From Planctomycetota bacterium (GTDB lineage: Bacteria > Planctomycetota > Phycisphaerae > Sedimentisphaerales > Anaerobacaceae), in the NCBI GenBank assembly GCA_023135935.1, contig JAGLSU010000089.1:1-43267 (forward strand): a stretch of DNA of 43,267 nucleotides, given 5' to 3'. Of this stretch, positions 35,066 through 41,968 are shown piece after piece. The notes beneath the pieces were generated by a model. That model had not been told where the DNA came from. It searched no databases and saw only the letters and a list, made by a program, of their open reading frames with translations. Position numbers and translations under genes: made by a program. The number at the start of each line of letters is the position of its first letter. Position 1 is the stretch's first letter.

Positions 35066-35144
35066 TTATCTAAAACAGATACATTGGGGGAATGAGCCTT
35101 GCTGGAGACCTTTGATATAGGTCTTTTGGAAGGACATATAAAAT

Positions 35145-36350
35145 ATGCTTGAAACCATTTTAAATACGAATACTGACCAGGATCAGCCAGCAGTGCCTGC
35201 GGTCGAAAATGATTCGCAACATACCGCACCGGCACAGCAAAAAGTTGCCGATAGCAATGCTGACCCAACAAAAGCTTTTTTTCTGCGGGCTTCCAAAGGG
35301 ATTGAATTTGGTCCGAGCAAAAAAGATATTCTGTGTTTTACAAATCAACTTGCGGTTATGATTCGAGCTGGCATCAGTATTTCAGATTCGCTTGAGTCCA
35401 TAGCCGGACAGCAGACCAACTCAAAATTCGCGGCGATAATTGCTGATTTAAAAAATAGAATAGAAGCGGGACAGAGTTTTTCACAGGCACTTACCGAGCA
35501 CTCCGATATATTTAGCGATATTTATATTAATATGGTTGCAGCGGCGGAAGTTTCCGGTTCGTTGAGTAATATGCTGCAGAAATTAGTAGAATATCTAGAT
35601 AGAGACGCCGAGACTCGTTCGCAAATCAAAGGTGCCATGGTTTATCCGATTATCATAGCTGTCATGGCGGTATCAGCGACATCCTTTCTGTTGATGTTTG
35701 TTTTGCCGAGATTCGCCAAAATATTCATAGGCAAAGAACATTTGCTGCCTTGGCCAACAAAAGTGCTGATGGCTACCAGCCATGTTATGACAAGCTATTG
35801 GTATCTTATTTTACTGGCTGTCGCTGGGGTAGTCGGAGGATTTTTGTATTTTGTTAGCAGACCCATTGGAAGATTCTGGTGGGATAAGACAAAATTGCAG
35901 TTGCCTCTTATAAGTACCCTATGTCGCAGTCTATATATAACCAGAAGCCTGCATACGATGGGCGTGCTGATACATGCCGGAGTGCCAATTCTAAATACAA
36001 TTTCAGTTACTGCGCAAATATCTGGAAATGTCCTTTATAAAAAAATGTGGCTTCGTGTTTATGAAGATGTTCGTCAGGGTGAAAAAATCGCCCCAAGCCT
36101 GATTCGAGGTGCTCTGATGCCAAGCGATGTAGTTCAAATGATAAAGAGCGGCGAAGATTCGGGTATGCTTAGCGAAGTGCTCGCGGATGTCTCTGAGTAT
36201 TACTCGAGAAAATTGCAAACCATAATAAAGACAACGGTTTCGATGATAGAACCTGTAATGATAGTCTTGATGGGTTTTTTGGTCGGCTTTATTGCAATGA
36301 GTATAATTCTGCCTATATTCAGAATGTCCAGCGTTGTTACATCCAATTAG
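35145..36350 (+). CDS. pilC: PilC/GspF-family platform protein
   Basis: Two GspF-type repeats and three TM segments in 401 aa. It follows pilB and pilT. Confidence 0.88.
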   Translation: MLETILNTNTDQDQPAVPAVENDSQHTAPAQQKVADSNADPTKAFFLRASKGIEFGPSKKDILCFTNQLAVMIRAGISISDSLESIAGQQTNSKFAAIIADLKNRIEAGQSFSQALTEHSDIFSDIYINMVAAAEVSGSLSNMLQKLVEYLDRDAETRSQIKGAMVYPIIIAVMAVSATSFLLMFVLPRFAKIFIGKEHLLPWPTKVLMATSHVMTSYWYLILLAVAGVVGGFLYFVSRPIGRFWWDKTKLQLPLISTLCRSLYITRSLHTMGVLIHAGVPILNTISVTAQISGNVLYKKMWLRVYEDVRQGEKIAPSLIRGALMPSDVVQMIKSGEDSGMLSEVLADVSEYYSRKLQTIIKTTVSMIEPVMIVLMGFLVGFIAMSIILPIFRMSSVVTSN

Positions 36351-36371
36351 GCAAGGTCTGGGGGGGCTAAA

Positions 36372-36866
36372 GTGTTGGTTATTAATCGACAATTGGATAA
36401 CGGTTTTACGCTAATCGAGGTTTTAATTGCCGTGGTACTGGTAGGTATTGCCGTTGCGTCCTTAGTTGCGGCCAACAGTTCATTCACGAAGACCAATGCT
36501 GCCGGAGTTGATTTATCGACTGCCGAATTTCTTGTCGAGCAGATAAGAGAGCTTACTGCCTTGCTGTCGGTTGTTGACCCACAGACTGAAACAGATACAT
36601 TCGGTCCGGAAGAAGCTACCTTCGCCGATTATGATGATTTAGATGATTTCAACGACATAAGTTTTTCTCCGCCAATTAGTGCCGACAGAGAGGTCTTGAA
36701 TGATTTTGCCGCGTTTAGTCAACTCATTACAGTCGAAAACGTAAATCCAACAAATTTCGAACAGGTTATTGCTAACCATGACAGCGGCTTCGTTAGAGTA
36801 ACTGTGGAAGTGTCCTTGAATTCCAGGCAAATAAGTTCAGCCAGTTGGATTCGGGCACAATACTGA
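36372..36866 (+). CDS. prepilin-type N-terminal cleavage/methylation domain protein (pseudopilin)
   Basis: GTG start after a G-rich RBS. It carries the class III signal ...LDNG|FTLIEVLIAVVLVGIAV with Glu at +5. Confidence 0.75.
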   Translation: MLVINRQLDNGFTLIEVLIAVVLVGIAVASLVAANSSFTKTNAAGVDLSTAEFLVEQIRELTALLSVVDPQTETDTFGPEEATFADYDDLDDFNDISFSPPISADREVLNDFAAFSQLITVENVNPTNFEQVIANHDSGFVRVTVEVSLNSRQISSASWIRAQY

Positions 36867-36878
36867 TAAAAAAATATT

Positions 36879-37373
36879 ATGTCAAAAAAACTAAAAAAAC
36901 TTATTGTGGGTTTTACCATTATAGAGCTATTGGTTGGTTTGGCGATAACTGCGATGTTGCTTACTGCTGTGGCTGTGGCTCTTAATGCGTCGATTATAAA
37001 TTATCGTGAAAACGAAGATATCTTTAAAACAATTAATACTGCTCGACAGGCATTATTTCGTATAACAACTCAACTTCGCACAGCTGATGCTGTTAACCCC
37101 GCTTCACCTGAAAACGAATGCGCATTTACTACCGCTGATGGTGACAATATTACTTATCAATACAACGATACCGATAATAAGCTTTATGTGATTACAGACA
37201 GCGGCACCTATGTACTTTGTGGTAATGTCACGGCGATGACTTTCAAAAAAATCACAGCTATTCAAAACGGCACAGTCTGTGTCAAAAATGTTCAGATTTC
37301 TATAACGGTAGTAAACGGTAATGCACAGCAGACCATTTCCGCGGCCGTGGTTATAAGAAGAAATCTGCTTTAA
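36879..37373 (+). CDS. prepilin-type N-terminal cleavage/methylation domain protein (pseudopilin)
   Basis: Class III signal ...LIVG|FTIIELLVGLAITAML with Glu at +5. Confidence 0.75.
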   Translation: MSKKLKKLIVGFTIIELLVGLAITAMLLTAVAVALNASIINYRENEDIFKTINTARQALFRITTQLRTADAVNPASPENECAFTTADGDNITYQYNDTDNKLYVITDSGTYVLCGNVTAMTFKKITAIQNGTVCVKNVQISITVVNGNAQQTISAAVVIRRNLL

Positions 37374-37431
37374 TAAAAGTTCTTGATTTCCTTGTTTGTT
37401 TAAAGCATACTACAACCCATGTATGCTCTAT

Positions 37432-37505
37432 GGGCGGTTAGCTCAGCTGGCTAGAGCGCCTGCTCGACACGCAGGAGGTCATCAGTTCAAGTCTGATACT
37501 GCCCA
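37432..37505 (+). tRNA. tRNA-Val (anticodon GAC), with C rather than U at loop position 33
   Basis: A 74-nt cloverleaf. Acceptor gggcggt/actgccc (one G-U pair), D stem gctc/gagc, anticodon stem cctgc/gcagg with loop tcGACac, T arm atcag-ttcaagt-ctgat. No CCA is encoded. Confidence 0.8.
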
Positions 37506-37653
37506 TTAACAAAGCCCCATTATTGACTCAATAGTGGGGTTTTTTAGTTTCAACTTCTTCTTAGTTTTCCCTATTTTTACTTCCGGCGTCCAGCAGGCGT
37601 CCTGCACGTTTCTGCAAAGTAAAATTAGTGGTATTTAGTGAAAGAGTAAAAAG
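37464..37653 (+). repeat. 190-bp direct repeat copy A (attL-like): tRNA-Val 3' half plus 148 bp downstream
   Basis: Aligns with 39785-39974 at a constant offset of 2321 bp with no indels and 13 mismatches (hand count). The first 45 nt are identical. Confidence 0.85.
37515..37545 (+). terminator. rho-independent terminator after tRNA-Val (duplicated at 39836-39866)
   Basis: ccccattattgactcaatagtgggg hairpin followed by TTTTTT. Confidence 0.65.
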
Positions 37654-37740
37654 CTCACTTTAACTGGTTCAGTTTTTGGGGAGCAGACCACCTATTGGAC
37701 AACCTGCGAAATACGTTGCGTAAAAAATTGAAAAATAACA

Positions 37741-38688
37741 CTAATTTTCTATTGCTCCAAAACGGGACCAGTCTTTAGCTGGGCAATAGAGATAATCGGC
37801 TCGCCCCTTAATAGTGGCCAAAAGAATAGGGCCGAAGTGCCTGCTGTCGTAAGAAAGATTACGATTGTCACCCAAAACAAAACAGTGATGTTTTGGAACA
37901 GTTATTTTCTCGAAATTGTGTGACATTTTATCATGTGGAGGTTTGGCTAAGATGATTTTATATTTTGCGTCTCCGCTAACCTCCTCAAAAACTTCTCCAT
38001 TCAATTGTTCTCCCTCAACCTTAATTCTTATATCGTCCAAAGTAGTTTGTGGCAGTTTTTGTCGTTGGAGTTTTTGGTTGTTTATGTAGAGTTGGCCATC
38101 TTTGATTTCTACAGTATCACCAGCAATAGCTACAACTCTTTTTATGAAATTTATATGCCTATTTGTAGGATTGGTGAAAACTACCAGGTCACCTCTTTTA
38201 GGATCAATGCTTCTATAGGCACTTTTGTTCGCTAATATACGATCATCGGGCATGATAGTCGGATAGCATGATGCAACGGGTACTCTGAATGCTTCTAATG
38301 TTTGGTCCCTAAGGTACAAACCACTGCCAATACTGCCACCACTTACAATAAAAAGAAAAAGGAGGTAAACTAGCAAGCTATTATAGTCTTTAAGCTGATA
38401 GTTTGCACTAGCACGTTTAGCAAGGAAGGCTGAATCACACATTGCGATCAGTTGCACTATACCACCAGCAAGTATAAGAAGAACTGTAATCGGCATTAAT
38501 GCTGGTGCTGTGGTGAGATGAAAAAGCCAAATAATAATAGGAAGAGGTAAAATATTCAAAAAGTTGAGCACTAATCCTCTTTTAAGTTTGCCGCAATATA
38601 CTTGACCTAAACCCGGCATGATTAAAGAAAGCATCACCGCGATCCAAATGTGTCTTTTATTATTCAAGTTTATTTCATTAGCATTCAT
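37741..38688 (-). CDS. signal peptidase I (S26) fused to an N-terminal polytopic membrane domain
   Basis: The C-terminal half has the catalytic Ser context (VASCYPTIMPDD), the Lys context (FIKRVVAIAGDTV) and box E (GDNRNLSYDSRHFGPI). The N-terminal ~130 aa carry 3-4 TM helices with a PGLGQVYCGKLKRG motif. Confidence 0.8.
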   Translation of the reverse strand: MNANEINLNNKRHIWIAVMLSLIMPGLGQVYCGKLKRGLVLNFLNILPLPIIIWLFHLTTAPALMPITVLLILAGGIVQLIAMCDSAFLAKRASANYQLKDYNSLLVYLLFLFIVSGGSIGSGLYLRDQTLEAFRVPVASCYPTIMPDDRILANKSAYRSIDPKRGDLVVFTNPTNRHINFIKRVVAIAGDTVEIKDGQLYINNQKLQRQKLPQTTLDDIRIKVEGEQLNGEVFEEVSGDAKYKIILAKPPHDKMSHNFEKITVPKHHCFVLGDNRNLSYDSRHFGPILLATIKGRADYLYCPAKDWSRFGAIEN

Positions 38689-38706
38689 TTTGCTTCTCCT
38701 TAAAAA

Positions 38707-38961
38707 TTATGCATAAAGCATTACATGCAACATAAGTATCAGTCTAATAAAACCAATAATCGCACCAATAGTAATCATGACAGCCTGTACCAACGGACGA
38801 GAGGATATTGCCAAGATTAGCATTTGAATATCCAAAAAAGGCTTACTCTTTTTACGTTCATATTGATATACATGATGCATTACTTTTTCTGCGAAATCTT
38901 CGCCAACTTCAATTTGGCTTCTTTTTGCCTTCCATTCATCATAAGGGTTTTGATTTTTCAT
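38707..38961 (-). CDS. 84-aa single-pass membrane protein, candidate minimal anti-sigma factor
   Basis: Its start overlaps the sigma-factor stop by 4 bp. A cytoplasmic ~45-aa N-terminus is followed by a C-terminal TM segment. The call is by position only. Confidence 0.45.
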   Translation of the reverse strand: MKNQNPYDEWKAKRSQIEVGEDFAEKVMHHVYQYERKKSKPFLDIQMLILAISSRPLVQAVMITIGAIIGFIRLILMLHVMLYA

Positions 38962-39500
38962 ATATCACTTCCTTTAGCTCTTTTAAGAGCCACACGTAAT
39001 TTTTCTTTTGCTCTGCTGACTCTAGATTTTACTGTTCCCAGCTTAATCCCTTCAATTTGAGCTATCTGTTCGTATGGTAATTGCTCAAGCTCAGCCAAGA
39101 CAAATGCCGTTTTGTGTTTTGCTGGCAACTTTCTAAGTGCCTCATCTAGCTGGCAATAAAACTCATTTTGCGTAAGTGTATCTGTCGGGCAATCTGGACT
39201 AGATTTTTCCGGCATATTATCAATTGAAAAATGGCGTTTTTTCTTTATCGCATTTAGACTTTTATTCCTTGCGATAGTAAAAAGCCATGTTGAAAAACTG
39301 CTTAGCGATGGATTATACGAATTAAGCTTCCTGTATGCGTCAAAAAATACCTCTTGAGCAATATCTTCGCAAATATGGTGGTCATCAACTATGTTCTTCA
39401 CCATTTTGATTACCGGCTTTTCATATCTGCATACCAAATCCCTAAAAGATTCTACATCTCCATCTAAAACAGCTTTAATAATTTTGATTTCGTCGATCAT
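38958..39500 (-). CDS. ECF (group IV) RNA polymerase sigma factor
   Basis: The track ORF runs to 39578. Met27 (ATG 39500) gives the usual ECF N-terminus (MIDEIKIIKAVLDGDVESFRDLVCRYEKPV). Region 2 (DIAQEVFFDAYRKL) and region 4 (LAELEQLPYEQIAQIEGIKLGTVKSRVSRAKEKLR) are present. Confidence 0.85.
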   Translation of the reverse strand: MIDEIKIIKAVLDGDVESFRDLVCRYEKPVIKMVKNIVDDHHICEDIAQEVFFDAYRKLNSYNPSLSSFSTWLFTIARNKSLNAIKKKRHFSIDNMPEKSSPDCPTDTLTQNEFYCQLDEALRKLPAKHKTAFVLAELEQLPYEQIAQIEGIKLGTVKSRVSRAKEKLRVALKRAKGSDI

Positions 39501-39784
39501 TAATTTCCCGACACCAAAAACGGTATTTTCTAAGTTATACAACAGACAATCATCATAGTTCCATAATTTTATAGACATAACGACATTTTATAGAGTGGTT
39601 GTTTCACATATGCCTCTGGCGTCCCGTCTGGCGTCTCGCACGTTTCAGTGGCTAGTACTTTTGATGTAGTCACTGAGTACTATTTTAATTGAGTGGTTGT
39701 TTGACTTGTAGAAATTGACCTAGAAATGCTTGTTTTTGAAATAGGAATGCTGGTTGCTGAAGAGAGTTTCAGTATGTGAACGGT

Positions 39785-39974
39785 TCGACACGCAGGAGGT
39801 CATCAGTTCAAGTCTGATACTGCCCATTAGCAAAACCCCATTATTGACTCAATAGTGGGGTTTTTTAGTTTCAACTCCTTCTTAGTCTTCCCTGTTTTCA
39901 CTTCTGGCGTCCTGCGGGCGTCCTGCACGTTTCTGCAATTTAAGATTAGTGGTACTTAGTGAAAGAGTAAAAAG
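39785..39974 (+). repeat. 190-bp direct repeat copy B (attR-like): headless tRNA-Val 3' half plus terminator plus GGCGTCC box
   Basis: See copy A. The sequence upstream of 39785 (…gtgaacggt) has no similarity to the tRNA 5' half. Confidence 0.85.
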
Positions 39975-40088
39975 GTTAGGGGGTTTATGAATTTGAAAAA
40001 TTGGGCTTAATAAGGCAATTTTAGCTAAATTATGATAAATTTCCCTTAAATGGGTGTATGAAAAGCCCTGATATGTCCGATAACTAGT

Positions 40089-40160
40089 GTATGGAAAGTC
40101 CCACACGCCCACGTATGGAAAGTCCTACATACTCATGTATGGAAAGTCCCACGCACCCAA
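40089..40160 (+). repeat. 24-bp tandem repeat x3, each unit containing an ATG
   Basis: The units are gtatggaaagtcccacacgcccac, gtatggaaagtcctacatactcat and gtatggaaagtcccacgcacccaa. They are translated as MESPTRPR / MESPTYSC / MESPTHPS at the head of the IS OrfA. Confidence 0.85.
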
Positions 40161-40504
40161 GCGACTTGACGGATGAGCAATGGGGAACGATTGAAAAGGT
40201 TCTTCCACCGGCCAAACCCGGTGGTCGCCCTCGAACCACCAATTTGCGAGAGGTTATTAACGGGATTCTGTATTTGCTGCGCACAGGTTGCTCGTGGCGA
40301 ACGCTTCCACCCAACTTTCCGTCTTGGCCTACCGTACATGACTACTATCGAAATTTCCGTAAAGACGGGACATTAGAGAAGATTTACAGACTTTTATACG
40401 AACGGCCTCATATCGAATATCGCGAAGCAAGTGACAATGCAACTGTCAAGGAGCAACCGCTTGAGAAAAGCGGAATAGGCCAGGAGTATTCGTTGAATAT
40501 TTGA
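40091..40504 (+). mobile_element. IS5-family (DUF4096-type) transposase OrfA remnant with no DDE-domain part
   Basis: DLTDEQWGTIEKVLPPAKPGGRPRTTNLREVINGILYLLRTGCSWRTLPPNFPSWPTVHDYYRNFRKDGTLEKI is the conserved N-terminal module of IS5/IS427-group transposases. Similarity ends around residue 105. No catalytic ORF and no inverted repeats were recognised. Confidence 0.75.
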
Positions 40505-40661
40505 TTAATGAGTTGTGAATAATTGGTATAGCCTCGGTTTTTAGAGGCAAGAGTTTTTTCCCTCAAGGGCTTTTAGTTGCGCCCGACAGGGACGGAGTTT
40601 GTCAAAGTGTTTCTCGTATCGTACTTTAAACTACTAAAAACAAGATATTAAGAGCATTATT

Positions 40662-41492
40662 TTGAACATGGACTCACTCCAAATTAATAAAGATACAAAC
40701 GTATGCATCTCCATCGCCGCCCGTCCGGGTAATTTTGGAGCTACATTCCACAACAGTGCATATCATCTATTGGGTCTGAACTGGGTATATCTGCCGCGCA
40801 AAGTCGAAACCTCCTCCGAACTTCAAACAACCATAGAAGCTGTTCGAGTGTTAGGAATTAAAGGTTGCAGTGTATCTATGCCTCACAAAGAAGATGTCAT
40901 TCAGCACCTCGACCACATAGACCCTTCAGCGGAAAAAATTGGAGCCGTCAATACCATAAAACTCGAGGATGATGGTTCTCTTACGGGATTTAACACAGAT
41001 TTTCACGGTGCCAAAAAAGCATTAGAGCAAGTCGGTATCGAAGGAAAGCAAGTTGTAATGATTGGGGCCGGAGGAGTGGCAAAAGCTATTGGCCTTGCGG
41101 TTATTGAATTAGGTGGAGAATTGATAATAGCCAACAGGACTGCTGCAAAGGCCCAGCAACTCGCCGAGCGATTAAATGCCACCGCAATATCATTGGAACA
41201 GATGAATGATACTTCCGGCTATCTGCTCATTAACGCAACTTCAGTGGGAATGCGTGACCCTGGTTCTATGGTTGTCTCGGAACAAATAATCGAGAACTTT
41301 GATATTGTTAAAGATGCTGTTATCTATCCTCCCGAAACAAAGCTGCTTAAAGAAGCGCTAAAGACAGGAAAACAAGTTATCCCCGGAACTTTAATGTGCG
41401 TGTATCAGGCAGCCGAACAATTCAAGATTTATACGGGACAAGATGTACCTTCAGAAATTATTTCCAAAACATTAGAGACTTTAACAAAATGA
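40662..41492 (+). CDS. shikimate dehydrogenase family (AroE-like) oxidoreductase
   Basis: SVSMPHK, GFNTDFHG and Rossmann motif IGAGGVAKAIG. TTG at 40662, with an alternative ATG at 40668. The substrate is not assignable from sequence. Confidence 0.75.
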   Translation: MNMDSLQINKDTNVCISIAARPGNFGATFHNSAYHLLGLNWVYLPRKVETSSELQTTIEAVRVLGIKGCSVSMPHKEDVIQHLDHIDPSAEKIGAVNTIKLEDDGSLTGFNTDFHGAKKALEQVGIEGKQVVMIGAGGVAKAIGLAVIELGGELIIANRTAAKAQQLAERLNATAISLEQMNDTSGYLLINATSVGMRDPGSMVVSEQIIENFDIVKDAVIYPPETKLLKEALKTGKQVIPGTLMCVYQAAEQFKIYTGQDVPSEIISKTLETLTK

Positions 41493-41968
41493 CAAAGCTA
41501 AATTTTATACTTGATGTCGATGGAGTCATGAATACCGGCCAGTTTTTATATTCCGAAGATGGAAAAGCCTTCAAAGTGTTTGGCCCACATGACAATGACG
41601 GTTTGAAACTTCTCAAAGACAAGGTTGAAATAAAATTCATCACCGCCGACAAGCGAGGCTATCCCATTACCTGCAAGCGAATCGTCGAAGATATGGGCTT
41701 TGAGTTAGAATTAATATCCGAGCAGGAAAGGTTTGGATATATCGAACAGAATTATGACCTGAATAAATTAATCTATATGGGTGACGGCTATCACGACGTA
41801 AAGATACTTAAAGTATGCAAGTTTGGCATTGCTCCAATAAGCGCAAGAAAAGAAGCCAGAGATGCCGCTGATTTCGTGACCGAATCCAAAGCTGGTGACG
41901 GAGCAGTATTAGACGCATGTCTCGAAATTTTAAACCGGTTTTTTCATGGAGAGACCGAAAATGAATGA
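41489..41968 (+). CDS. KdsC/YrbI-family HAD-IIIA phosphatase
   Basis: Track ORF trimmed to the ATG at 41489, which overlaps the aroE-like stop (ATGA). It carries LDVDGVMNTG (DxDGV), ...ITADKRG..., and GDGYHDV. Confidence 0.8.
   Translation: MTKLNFILDVDGVMNTGQFLYSEDGKAFKVFGPHDNDGLKLLKDKVEIKFITADKRGYPITCKRIVEDMGFELELISEQERFGYIEQNYDLNKLIYMGDGYHDVKILKVCKFGIAPISARKEARDAADFVTESKAGDGAVLDACLEILNRFFHGETENE

Noticed and set aside
29771-36919. Minus-strand ORFs inside the pilus cluster (for example 29771..30202, 30299..30862, 34064..34537, 36003..36392, 36719..36919).
   Set aside because: Each overlaps a plus-strand gene with recognisable PilM, PilT, PilC or pseudopilin features. None has start-site support.
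37741-38688. Possibility that the islet signal peptidase is an inactive homolog.
   Set aside because: The Ser, Lys and GDNRxxSxDSR box are all present in the expected order, so it looks catalytically competent.
39501-39578. The N-terminal 26 codons of track ORF 38958..39578 (MSIKLWNYDDCLLYNLENTVFGVGKL).
   Set aside because: ECF sigma factors normally begin a few residues before the region-2 helix. Met27 gives a standard 180-aa protein and leaves room for the promoter-like elements. The longer form cannot be fully excluded.
40084-40376. ORFs 40084..40314 (-), 40133..40339 (-) and 40173..40376 (+).
   Set aside because: They are antisense or out of frame relative to the conserved IS5-family OrfA module.
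41396-41488. The N-terminal 31 codons of track ORF 41396..41968.
   Set aside because: They overlap the 3' end of the aroE-like gene in another frame. The HAD motif DVDGV follows immediately after the ATG at 41489, which overlaps the upstream stop.
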